Assembly: GCA_025823825.1 (NCBI GenBank)
Contig: GCA_025823825.1_4720.1
Reading direction: 5' to 3' (one strand)
Length of the DNA stretch: 64,000 bases
Origin: a phage
Each line of letters opens with the position of its first letter. Positions within the stretch are counted from its first letter, which is position 1. The notes under the pieces were generated by a model. The model saw only the letters and a program-made list of their open reading frames with translations. It searched no databases and was not told the DNA's origin. Position numbers and translations under genes: made by a program. Shown piece after piece: positions 47,493 to 57,003 of the stretch.

Positions 47493-48735
47493 ACCCTTTC
47501 AAGATCATCACGCTTAACCCGATGGTGTTATCCTGCGGATCGCGTTTAACCTTGGTGATTTCAAGACATTGGTTACTGCTTCGGTCAAGTGATGGGTTTC
47601 GAACAAAGCCACACACAATCCCATCGAACGGTGTATCAGCAATAAGCTCATCGTGCAGCTCGCTCATCATTGGATGATAATTACGGACATGTTCCGCAAC
47701 GAACGCACGTGCTGCTCTCGGTGAATAACCACGATGGAATAACTTGGATTGGATATGTTCTTTATTGGTTAAAGTAAATGGTGCGTATGGGAAATGCAGA
47801 TGATAATAACGATGGTTCGCTGTTATCGAACTGATTACGGTACGCGTGGTGAATGGATGTAATGTACCTAATATGTTTTTACGTGTGATACCTTTCTTCT
47901 TACCAATGAACTCATCGAAAATTGCTGCGTGGTATTGCAGTAGCTTCAATTGCACTTTCGCCATCCAGTTTTCTTTCTTTCTGGCGCTCAAAGGTGTTGT
48001 TGGGTGATAGATACTGTTCAACGTACCAATAGCATCGATCGCACCTTCCATTTTGCTATCTGCATAACGACCGGTTGGCGTATTCTCGATAACGAACATC
48101 ATGGCCGCAGGAAAGCTGATATACTGGCTGAAGAACTTATCACGATGGATACGGATGAATTCTCGTAGCGTGTCAACTTTCTCCGTGTTCTTCGGTCCAC
48201 GTAACGTAGGTCCTTTATACAAGATCTCCATTATGCGATCGAAGTTCTGTATAAAGCTATTTACGCCGCGACGTATCCCGAATACATCGAATTGCTGCTC
48301 CAGATAGTTCTTGAGTTCGATGGGTCGTTTTACATTTGGACGGTAACTGGCATCAATGAGCCACGTCATCGTTTCAAAGCTTTTGATATTCAACTCGCTT
48401 GCCAGCACGAGATGGACCAACGGGTTAATGAACGCATCAATTCCTTCAGGAACACGCGCCCAAACCGTCGAACGAATCTCCTGTTCTGCCGGGTAGGTCA
48501 CGACCGTTTTACAGTTTGGACACACCGTGCCGAGTAGCTCACCACGATTGTAGAAACCACAACCACATTGTGGTGTGATATCCAACGTATCGCTGGAGTA
48601 AACACGGGTGATAAAACTGTTTAATTTCTTCTTCTCTTCGACGACTTTTGTATCGTAATCATTCAACAAAATCGGCGTAAAAGGAAGTTCTGCGAGCTGT
48701 CTATCGAAACTCACGATATCGAGCATGATGGCCAT
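47493..48735 (-). CDS. RNA polymerase beta' N-terminal subunit, exon 1
   Basis: Zinc ribbon CGCG...CPNC, GRYADS, KNILGTLHPFTTRTVIS, RNPSLDRSSNQ in beta' order; ORF ends just before DFDGD would be expected; 35-aa ORF tail is intron read-through. Confidence 0.65.
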
Positions 48736-48777
48736 GGGGTATCTCCTACAAATGAAAAAGAACGTTAGGACGTATAA

Positions 48778-48802
48778 GGGAGGGAGGTTGCCCTCCCTCC
48801 CG
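48778..48802 (-). terminator. hairpin GGGAGGGAGG-TTG-CCTCCCTCCC downstream of the 631-aa gene
   Basis: Perfect 10-bp inverted repeat; arm order reversed versus the others; weak U-tract. Confidence 0.45.
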
Positions 48803-48827
48803 TCAGATTACATCGAACGTTCTTCCA

Positions 48828-50723
48828 TTAGAACAGGTTGAATGCCCCACCCATGTTGTTAACGCCAACATTCGGACGATCGCTACGTGCGTAGATGTTA
48901 CCGGAGATGTTACCCAGACCACGAGCACGTGCTGCCATGTTACCACGAACAGCGGTACCTGCCAGATGCTGGATGTTCTCAGGACGGATGGTGAAGCCAG
49001 CATCAGCAGCAGCTTCGATCAGCGCCTGCAGTGCTAACGGATCGAAGTCGTAACGCATTGCCCAGCCGGTTTGTTCCCAGCTACCAGACAGAACACGATC
49101 GATGATTTCGTGACGAGCGACAACACGCTGAGACATCGTCATATCGGTACGGTCGAAGCTGTCTTCCCAAGCTTCTACGGTATCCGGGTTAGTGATGTTC
49201 ATCATGTACAGATCGTCCATATCACGAATATCGTGACGGTGACCATCCTGGTGGTTGTAGTGACCCAGCGGGATACGGTTACCGGTAGCGTAGACCAGCG
49301 GTAAGCCGTATTGATATTTCTTGCTGAAGCAACCCAGGGTAACATCATCGAAGGCACGGTAGAGTGCTTTGTAACCTTCAGAGACTTCCCGAACATCAGC
49401 CTCAACATTACCCGTATAGATCTTCTCAGCCGCCGGGATCATACGCAGCAGCCAGCTGTATTCGCCTTCTTCCGGTACGTCGATAGAAATCAGCAGGGAC
49501 GGATACAGTACCTGTTGCAGGAACTTGTAAATCTGCTCATTGGTTTGAGTAGACAGATCCAGCGGTGCGGTAACTTCCGGATCCAGCACCATCGCCAGAG
49601 CACCCGGGTTATGCGGACCGATACCACGAGCAGCGTTGCTGATTAAAGACTGCGCCCATGCCATGCCGCTGTTCAGCGTAGCGATGGTGCCAATCAGACC
49701 CAACACGAAAGTGTTCGGTGTGAACGCATCCAGCTCCAGCGGGTAAGCGCTGGTCATCACGTAACGCGGCTGGTATTGTACAGTCGGCGGTACCGGATAA
49801 CCGTTAACCAGAACAGGGCCTTGGTTGAAGGTCGGGTTCTGCGGGCTGTAAGTCAGGTCAATGTAACCGGTGGTGGCGACCAGACGCTGTTGACTATCGT
49901 AATCGCTCATCGCTTGACGGATGCGGTTAGAGATAGTTACAGTGATGTCAGAACGCACAGGGTTACCAACAATATCGCTGTCCTGCATACCGCTGGTGTT
50001 GTACTGAACGCTGCTGATTGGCTGATCGCTTGCCATCATGCCCAGGTTGAACTGCGGCAGACCCAGTTTATCACCGAGACGGATTTCGATTGCGGTCTGG
50101 ATTGCGTTATCTGCAGCAGACAGCAGGGTGGTCGCCAGATGCGCAGATTCAGCGGTGATTTCATTGGTCACCACAGCCAGACCAGCGATACGAGCAGTAC
50201 CATTAGACTTACCGCCAATAGCTGCATACATTGCCGCCATGACTTCGTTGATGAACGTACCGTTCAGGTTATCAACCCAGGTACGCGGTACCAGAATGTT
50301 ACCATGCGGACCTTGTTCTTCACGACGCGGCAGCGGAGCCAAACCGGCAACCAGCGGAAGCACATAACCGAAGAAGTGGTTATGATCACCAACTTTTGCA
50401 CCACTCATAACGACCAGGGTCGGATACGGTACGCTGTACTGGTTCGGGTCAACCGCAACAAAGATGAAGTCGTCTTTGAACTGGGTATCTTCCAGATATT
50501 TCTCCATCAGACGACGGAGATTCAGTACCTGCTCGGAGCCGGTATTACGGCTGATACGACGGCTCAGTGTACGGTTGATCGTACGCATCGTATGAGTTAC
50601 TTTAGGACGGTCGGCAAAATCTGCAGCGGTTTCCAGCGCCTCATCAGCACGTTGTGCGGTGCGGGTTTCAGCTGCACGAATTTCTACATTATCGTTACCG
50701 TTATTACGTACGTCTAAGCCCAT
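48828..50723 (-). CDS. abundant early protein, candidate phage-nucleus shell protein (chimallin-like); alternative structural protein not excluded
   Basis: 631 aa, strong AGAGGA RBS, promoter motif copy 4 upstream, hairpin downstream; product is inference from context and length. Confidence 0.4.
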   Translation of the reverse strand: MGLDVRNNGNDNVEIRAAETRTAQRADEALETAADFADRPKVTHTMRTINRTLSRRISRNTGSEQVLNLRRLMEKYLEDTQFKDDFIFVAVDPNQYSVPYPTLVVMSGAKVGDHNHFFGYVLPLVAGLAPLPRREEQGPHGNILVPRTWVDNLNGTFINEVMAAMYAAIGGKSNGTARIAGLAVVTNEITAESAHLATTLLSAADNAIQTAIEIRLGDKLGLPQFNLGMMASDQPISSVQYNTSGMQDSDIVGNPVRSDITVTISNRIRQAMSDYDSQQRLVATTGYIDLTYSPQNPTFNQGPVLVNGYPVPPTVQYQPRYVMTSAYPLELDAFTPNTFVLGLIGTIATLNSGMAWAQSLISNAARGIGPHNPGALAMVLDPEVTAPLDLSTQTNEQIYKFLQQVLYPSLLISIDVPEEGEYSWLLRMIPAAEKIYTGNVEADVREVSEGYKALYRAFDDVTLGCFSKKYQYGLPLVYATGNRIPLGHYNHQDGHRHDIRDMDDLYMMNITNPDTVEAWEDSFDRTDMTMSQRVVARHEIIDRVLSGSWEQTGWAMRYDFDPLALQALIEAAADAGFTIRPENIQHLAGTAVRGNMAARARGLGNISGNIYARSDRPNVGVNNMGGAFNLF

Positions 50724-50788
50724 TTGGGATTCCTCTTTTCTTAAACTTTATTAAATGACGTCATTGAATCAGCTTCTACTCGCTCATT

Positions 50789-50812
50789 CACCTAGGTAAT
50801 ATAACCCTGAAA
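50789..50812 (-). promoter_or_regulatory. conserved promoter-like motif, copy 4 (minus strand TTTCAGGGTTATATTACCTAGGTG)
   Basis: About 70 nt upstream of ATG 50723. Confidence 0.5.
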
Positions 50813-50977
50813 TTTTTTTCAATATTGGTGTAACCACATTGAACGATATAAACCCCTAGGCGAACGCTGCCGAGAAGCAACATTCTTTCTACATATAATC
50901 AGGATATGTCTGTAAACTTTTACTTCTCTTATTGAGAGTAATGTCATATCCGTTTACTACCTTCTTACGGAGTTCGT

Positions 50978-52072
50978 ATGTTTCGTGTTTTAAATAACCT
51001 CCCGCGAACATCATCGGGTGTGCAACCCGTCCCTCAGAAAGACTATCTAATACGCGAAGTTCAAAGAAACCTACAGACAATCCAGAACCACTATCAAGGT
51101 TTTACCTTCGCGGTTCAGAGCGATCACATCCTTGCGTTGCTGCTCGCACAGCTCCCTATGAGATACGACATCTCAGTACAAACTTACTACGACATGATTC
51201 TCGATCTTACGCCAGAATTGGGTAATCGTGTTAAGTTGACAACATCAAGATACGCGGGTAAGTTATTCGACGGTGCTTTCTATCCGGGATTGCACGAAGC
51301 TATTATCGCAACCGGTGAAAGTCGTCTTATTTCACGTGACGTTCTTGACAACTGGCGTAATTGGTCGCCGGTTAGAATCGTGACGCACCCATACGCAAAT
51401 CTTCGTTACATTCCTCTTCACCAAAAGCAGGTTGAAGAAGGACGAGGTTTTGCGGTCATTATGGTTGATGTACCTTTATTAGCATTACAGTATCGAATGT
51501 GGTCTTTGGTCATGGGTCATAACGTCGACGGTAAATGGGTGGTTAAAGAACCGGTTACAAGCTTCCTTGCGAGTTTTCCGTTGGTTAACGCATTATACTC
51601 ACACAACGATGTTGTTATACGCAATCGTTGTTTGTGGGTATCTCCGGCTAAGAATCCACTCAAATCACCCATTTACGTTAACGACCTTGATAACGTATTC
51701 AGCCAAGTCGTTCTGTCCGTACAGCATCATTTATTACGAAGAAGACGAAGCTACACCGACATGCTTAAACAGATACCGAGTTTATACGGAGATCAGTACC
51801 AAGCAACCCGAATGGGTTACACCGTCGATCTTCGACAAACCCGATGGGCAAGGGATCTGGGCTGTCTGTCGTTATGGCAACAACTCGTCACACTACAAAA
51901 CGTATCTGAAAGCGTCGGGTTCAGCAGCCAAATCGATAACGACCTGTATCGTGCCGCCGACCGTAGTCTAAAAGAAGGTAACTGGGAGTCCTCTCCATTA
52001 CCTGGCGATTTAAGACGTGAAGTTATTGCACAGGTTGCCGACCTCTTAAAAATTCTTCCCGCCGGTGCATAA
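50978..52072 (+). CDS. hypothetical protein (plus-strand gene)
   Basis: 364 aa from ATG 50978 with GGAG upstream; TATAAT-like hexamer at 50893-50898. Confidence 0.6.
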   Translation: MFRVLNNLPRTSSGVQPVPQKDYLIREVQRNLQTIQNHYQGFTFAVQSDHILALLLAQLPMRYDISVQTYYDMILDLTPELGNRVKLTTSRYAGKLFDGAFYPGLHEAIIATGESRLISRDVLDNWRNWSPVRIVTHPYANLRYIPLHQKQVEEGRGFAVIMVDVPLLALQYRMWSLVMGHNVDGKWVVKEPVTSFLASFPLVNALYSHNDVVIRNRCLWVSPAKNPLKSPIYVNDLDNVFSQVVLSVQHHLLRRRRSYTDMLKQIPSLYGDQYQATRMGYTVDLRQTRWARDLGCLSLWQQLVTLQNVSESVGFSSQIDNDLYRAADRSLKEGNWESSPLPGDLRREVIAQVADLLKILPAGA

Positions 52073-52073
52073 T

Positions 52074-52130
52074 CACCTCCCTCTTCCCTTGCATCCTCCC
52101 AACCCGTAAGGGAAGGGAGGATGGGGTGGC
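52074..52130. terminator. compound C-rich/G-rich hairpin between convergent genes (likely bidirectional)
   Basis: CCTCCCTCTTCCCTT ... AAGGGAAGGGAGG imperfect inverted repeat followed by GGTTATGTT. Confidence 0.45.
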
Positions 52131-52138
52131 GGGTTATG

Positions 52139-54292
52139 TTATTCTGCGGTTTCTTGCTTCGGTAAATAACTTGCTGCAATGTCTTGGGCTAACAATGTAT
52201 TGTTTTTATTCGAGATGAAAATACCGTAACTTTCCATTAACGCGTAATACGAACGAACGAGCGTAGAGATCAATCGACGAATATCCATACCTTGAATAAA
52301 GATATCAGGAAGCCCGGAGGCTTCGATCACCGGTAATGGTATCGTTAAGTTGCTTATCGTTTTCTTATCGTTACGTACAATCCAATCACGGAAACGTTGT
52401 TGTAACCCTTTATCCTCCCATGAATCAATCCAATCGTTAAGAAGCGTTTTGTTCTTCGTCGCCAACGGCACACGCACCCCAACATAGGGCGGTTCGGGGC
52501 AATGACCGTACGATTGAGCAAACACCTCTTCCCACATATCGTAAGACTGTTTCGTTACTGCAACATGCGGCTTCACTTTAACACGCGTTAAGAAATCGGG
52601 ATCACCACGTTTCATTGACTCAACGATTTCGTTTTCTAACGAGATAATATCATCAAGAACCAATCGAATGCTGATCTTCTCATTACGTAACAGCTTATCC
52701 ATGATACCACACATCATGCGTTCAACACGTTTGACGATCATTTTTGGTGCTGACGCGTCACGCATAACCGGACCTTTCAATTCCAGCTTCGGTGGATTGA
52801 TAGGAACCCCTTCACGCATGGTCATGTACCCGTAATAGTTTTTACCCATCGAGGTTAACGACAGAATCAAGAACATATATTCGTTCTTCATTTCCATTAC
52901 GTACATATGCTCTTTCGCTACACCGATATTACCAGAACACATCGCCATCAGATGAACCGTAATCTGCGTAACCAGATAGATAAGCGTATTTGCTAAGCGC
53001 GTCGAAATTGGATTGATCTCCATATTTCCAAATCGCCACTGAACCCACTCCTGGCAGGTAAACACCGTCGAGTCGGTATCAGACAACACACCCACTTCAC
53101 GGATTGCTGATGGGAAAGCATAAACGCCAGCCGGTTGGTTCTCGGTACGCCAGAACGCCATAATCAAATCTGCGTAGCTTTGAATACGCTGTAACATCAA
53201 TTTTGTCGTTGCTGCAGTAAGACGATAACCAAGTTCATTTCCTTTTTCTAGCGCTACGTAAATCGCTTCCCCGTTCAAGAACTCCGTGCATTGTGCTGTA
53301 ATCCAAGCGACCGTGTTGTTATCCATGGAAGCAATAATGGCTTTAGCCTCTTCCATCGTTTCAACAGGTTCGGCTGCCAGTTCACATAACGAGTCAAGAA
53401 AATCTCGAACAAATTCAGGATTAAGCTCACGTAACGAGTACAGGTTATTGCTGTACATGTAGCAGGCGCGTTCCAGTGGGGTTAAACCGGTAATTAACTC
53501 CCGGATAGTCAGTTCTTTCTCCGGGTCGAAAGTATATCGATGCAAACATTTCGATACGTTAGCCCAAACCTCTTCCGGCGTAGGGTAATGCAGTTTGTAT
53601 TTTACCATTACCTGTTCAATGGCGTTACGATCGCTGTTGCGGACAATACTTACGATGTTTTCAATTGCAATATCACAATCGTAATAATGGAAATTGCCCG
53701 CAAGGAAACGTTCGTTGTTCGCATTGGCTGAACCTGAGGCACAGCGACACGTTGTCGTTAAACTTGGATGCGCGATCGGATTATAAAAAGGGTTAAACTT
53801 GGACGCCTGGGTTCCTGACAAACTGTTATTATCTAACTTGGTGTTGGTCTGTCGTTTATCGTGTAACTCAGCTTCATCTTTACGTCCGTGTGCTTGTGCT
53901 ATCGACATTTGTTTCTTTTGTTTCTTACGCAACTTACCGTTTTCAACCGCAAAGTCGCTTAGCACACTGGAACGTGTTTCACGTGGATAACAGTTAGCCC
54001 ATACCGGCGTGATAATTAAATTATTTTCTTTAATATCATTGAAGTATTGGCTGAACTTGATGACTTCTTTTTCTCGATTTCCTTCGGTACGCTGTGTTAA
54101 TACAAGACAGTCGGGATCAACCATCCCGTATTTTCCACCGGGACGAACCGTATCAAGGACAAACTGCAACGCTTCCTGCTGTGATATCCCACGCATGCGC
54201 ATTAAGAACAGGGTATAATCCTGTACCGCTTCTTTGGTCATATCCAACGTACGACCATATCCGTTTTCATCGTAAAAGAACGGATTTTCCAT
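52139..54292 (-). CDS. large hypothetical protein with SDTDS and KNYYGY motifs
   Basis: 717 aa; GGAGG before ATG; motifs loosely recall polymerase motif C / KxY but no convincing motif A. Confidence 0.55.
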   Translation of the reverse strand: MENPFFYDENGYGRTLDMTKEAVQDYTLFLMRMRGISQQEALQFVLDTVRPGGKYGMVDPDCLVLTQRTEGNREKEVIKFSQYFNDIKENNLIITPVWANCYPRETRSSVLSDFAVENGKLRKKQKKQMSIAQAHGRKDEAELHDKRQTNTKLDNNSLSGTQASKFNPFYNPIAHPSLTTTCRCASGSANANNERFLAGNFHYYDCDIAIENIVSIVRNSDRNAIEQVMVKYKLHYPTPEEVWANVSKCLHRYTFDPEKELTIRELITGLTPLERACYMYSNNLYSLRELNPEFVRDFLDSLCELAAEPVETMEEAKAIIASMDNNTVAWITAQCTEFLNGEAIYVALEKGNELGYRLTAATTKLMLQRIQSYADLIMAFWRTENQPAGVYAFPSAIREVGVLSDTDSTVFTCQEWVQWRFGNMEINPISTRLANTLIYLVTQITVHLMAMCSGNIGVAKEHMYVMEMKNEYMFLILSLTSMGKNYYGYMTMREGVPINPPKLELKGPVMRDASAPKMIVKRVERMMCGIMDKLLRNEKISIRLVLDDIISLENEIVESMKRGDPDFLTRVKVKPHVAVTKQSYDMWEEVFAQSYGHCPEPPYVGVRVPLATKNKTLLNDWIDSWEDKGLQQRFRDWIVRNDKKTISNLTIPLPVIEASGLPDIFIQGMDIRRLISTLVRSYYALMESYGIFISNKNNTLLAQDIAASYLPKQETAE

Positions 54293-54354
54293 AAATCCTC
54301 CAAAAGTTATTTAGTCTGTCTACATCATCTCGTATATCTGTTAAAAAAGAAGGA

Positions 54355-54395
54355 CGGCATAAAAAAGAACCGATCCAGCCGAAGCCAGATCGGTT
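54355..54395 (-). terminator. hairpin AACCGATC...GATCGGTT followed on minus strand by CTTTTTTATGCCG
   Basis: 8-bp stem and T-run seen directly. Confidence 0.55.
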
Positions 54396-54590
54396 AAAAA
54401 GGATAATAACTGACAGAAAGATATCGATGATGTTCGTGAAACAAGATCTTCTCTCGTGTACAATGATGCTAGATCAGAGGGAGGTTGTAACACGAGAGGT
54501 GGTCCGCCAAAGAAGGAATAAAAACACGAACCTATCTTATTTCACTGATGGCACTAACCACTCAAAATATATAGTACTGTATGTAAAAGT

Positions 54591-55004
54591 TTACTGATTA
54601 ATCAAGTCGTTAGCAACAATCTTGGTGTAGCCTGCCTGATTAAGAATTTGATTAATTTTCGTCACGTCGGTCGCATCCTCAATAACGATGCTGGGTTTAT
54701 AGATCAGCGTCTTGGTAACGACGATTGTACTCTCCTTAATCCAAGGAATCCCTAGAATCACATACTCACCATCGGCTGTAATGACCTCGACGTAATTGTA
54801 TTTCGTCGGATCGTTCGGTACACTAGACGGGAGCCGGGAATAAATCTGTTGGTGAATGGCGTCTACATCACGACCGTTACGTACAGCTGTGCGATAATTG
54901 TACACAGCGCTAATTTCTACTCCGTTGAAGTTAACCCCAAGTTCTGGGGCGTACACATCAAAACTCACAACAGAGCCAATCTTTTCTAAATCAGAAGCTG
55001 GCAT
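54591..55004 (-). CDS. hypothetical protein
   Basis: 137 aa ORF. Confidence 0.45.
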   Translation of the reverse strand: MPASDLEKIGSVVSFDVYAPELGVNFNGVEISAVYNYRTAVRNGRDVDAIHQQIYSRLPSSVPNDPTKYNYVEVITADGEYVILGIPWIKESTIVVTKTLIYKPSIVIEDATDVTKINQILNQAGYTKIVANDLINQ

Positions 55005-55015
55005 AATAGCATCCT

Positions 55016-55414
55016 TTATTTAAAAATGTATTCATATCCGAAAGTCGTCGCTGACCAGACCCGGATAGATGATAGTGTTCCGCCACGATAAAACGTTTTT
55101 GTAAACTCCATATCCTGGACAACACGATAATAAACACGTCCGATAATACGCACGATAAGGTTTCGTGATAACGATCTCTCCTCGCAGTATTCATCGATAA
55201 AGTCATCGTCGATATCCGATAAGACAACATCCGCAATTTCTTGCAGTAGATTCCTCATCAGCATCTGCCTTCCTTCGGTACCCCACCCAGACAAACAGTA
55301 ATCGTCTTCTGCCTGACTATAGATGTCGTTAACCGCCTGTTCGAGCAGTTGCTCAAGATAGTAGTCATCGCGTTTTATAACGTGGCGACGGCGCTCAGTG
55401 GCGTATTTTTCCAT
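55016..55414 (-). CDS. hypothetical protein
   Basis: Start moved to internal Met (MEKYATERR) to reduce overlap. Confidence 0.4.
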   Translation of the reverse strand: MEKYATERRRHVIKRDDYYLEQLLEQAVNDIYSQAEDDYCLSGWGTEGRQMLMRNLLQEIADVVLSDIDDDFIDEYCEERSLSRNLIVRIIGRVYYRVVQDMEFTKTFYRGGTLSSIRVWSATTFGYEYIFK

Positions 55415-55863
55415 CCTGTGTTTCTCTTGTTCGGCGTATGTATTAACGACGCCACAGTCTTTTCTGGATCGTCCCACAATGCGCGACGAAAACTGGATAC
55501 TACCATAACGGTAGGATAGATTTGTACAACCTCCCATCCGTAACGATGTGCGTTAGTCGTACGTCCGACATTGAACAGACATAACTGATTTAAGAAACAG
55601 AGCTGCATCTTCGTAAACAACACCATGTCTTCACGTTTAACGTATCCGAGGATATACGCATTCTCGAACGCCTCGCGTGACAAGACGGGACGATTAAGAT
55701 ACCGCAACGACAGTACCAACAACGTTGTTATGCGCAACGGATCTTCTGGGTCATTCATGGTGCTCAGCTCTGCTTGTAACCAGTCAGGGATAGTAACCGT
55801 CAGACGATAGGTATCTGTTCCACGATCAACCACATTCAATGTTGAAAAAGGCAACATATCCAT
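55375..55863 (-). CDS. hypothetical protein
   Basis: 162 aa ORF. Confidence 0.4.
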   Translation of the reverse strand: MDMLPFSTLNVVDRGTDTYRLTVTIPDWLQAELSTMNDPEDPLRITTLLVLSLRYLNRPVLSREAFENAYILGYVKREDMVLFTKMQLCFLNQLCLFNVGRTTNAHRYGWEVVQIYPTVMVVSSFRRALWDDPEKTVASLIHTPNKRNTGWKNTPLSAVATL

Positions 55864-56320
55864 GAATTCCTTCTAGCTCGAGGTTGTTCTCGCCGGTCTT
55901 CGGTAATAACCCACTGGCCGTTAACATCTGTGTCATCGAGTAGTCAAAGCACGGAAATATCAGGTTAACGGTTTCCTGGATCGCGTCAACATAACTATAA
56001 ATGGCTTCATAATACTCACCGTCATGATCCACGCTAACCAGTTCCTGACACAGTTCTTCGCTTATCATTTCATATACCGGCGGATACCACGATTGAAATG
56101 GTCGCTGCATACGTAACGACCAGTACTCGTACGTCGTATACTGAAGCACGTCATAAGCCGATACATTAATGCGGTCGAAGAAAGCATACTTGTCCATATG
56201 CTGATACAACATCGCCAGTACGGTTTCCAAGCACACCGATATCCGCACGCCATCATCTTTCCCGTTAAGAAAATTAGGTTTCTGCCGATAACGCACAAAT
56301 GCCGACGGCTTTGATTGCAT
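55826..56320 (-). CDS. hypothetical protein
   Basis: Start set at ATG 56320 (MQSKPSAF), TAATG overlap with upstream stop. Confidence 0.4.
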   Translation of the reverse strand: MQSKPSAFVRYRQKPNFLNGKDDGVRISVCLETVLAMLYQHMDKYAFFDRINVSAYDVLQYTTYEYWSLRMQRPFQSWYPPVYEMISEELCQELVSVDHDGEYYEAIYSYVDAIQETVNLIFPCFDYSMTQMLTASGLLPKTGENNLELEGIHGYVAFFNIECG

Positions 56321-57003
56321 TATTCCACCACCAACCATAACGTCATACTCGTATCTAACGTAAAATTGAAATGCCACCAATCTTCTACACGTGGAATCCA
56401 CGTACGAAGGATTTGGTTAACTTCGCTTCGCATCACCGATAAACGACAACGAAAGTCGAACTTCTCATCATGGCCATAGTCTTCATGCATGAAAACTTCA
56501 TCCAAAACGAACTCAAGTTGCATGTCGACATCACGGCCAGAGATATTCCGTTTGTACAAATACAACTCAATCGTGTCGTAAAGCAACGTGTGAATATCAT
56601 AATTTCCGTTCGGTGAGAAATAAGGTAATCGCTCATCGAGCATCGTAAACAGATATTCGCTGTAGTTTAATAACGGGATGATGTACCGACGCCCTGTCTG
56701 TGGTGTGCGAATATGTATCGAAACCTGACTTGGGCGCGGAATAACCGACGGCTTAGAATCGTCTCTCTGAAATTGCTCTAAAGATCGCAACAAAGGTGGC
56801 CGCATTGTAACTCTCCAACGCCCAATTGTAAGGCCCTTCCAACATGTGTTCCCATACGTGAATAAACTCACTACCGAAGACAGGCTCCAGCGCCATGGTG
56901 AGATTCGTAAGTTCTGACGCAGCCGCATGGTAAGCATCAACATGTCTTTCCATTGACGGATCGTCTTCATTGAAAATACGTTCTGTGTCGCCAGCCCGTT
57001 CAA
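56320..57003 (-). CDS. hypothetical protein
   Basis: 227 aa ORF, ATGA overlap with 57000-57977. Confidence 0.45.
   Translation of the reverse strand: MNGLATQNVFSMKTIRQWKDMLMLTMRLRQNLRISPWRWSLSSVVSLFTYGNTCWKGLTIGRWRVTMRPPLLRSLEQFQRDDSKPSVIPRPSQVSIHIRTPQTGRRYIIPLLNYSEYLFTMLDERLPYFSPNGNYDIHTLLYDTIELYLYKRNISGRDVDMQLEFVLDEVFMHEDYGHDEKFDFRCRLSVMRSEVNQILRTWIPRVEDWWHFNFTLDTSMTLWLVVE

Noticed and set aside
46384-47493. Track ORFs inside the beta' interruption (46410-46610, 46589-46798, 47166-47351, several plus-strand ORFs) and the 35-aa C-terminal tail of ORF 47386-48735
   Set aside because: The region carries group I intron core elements and the ORFs are short with no RBS; they are better explained as intron RNA and read-through.
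46384-47493. tRNA genes or a tRNA cluster in the 1.1-kb non-coding gap
   Set aside because: No cloverleaf-compatible acceptor/T-arm pattern seen; the conserved blocks match group I intron elements instead.
48828-50723. Calling the 631-aa protein a major capsid or tail sheath protein
   Set aside because: No recognisable capsid or sheath motif, and the early-type promoter argues against a late structural gene; still unresolved, hence the cautious call.
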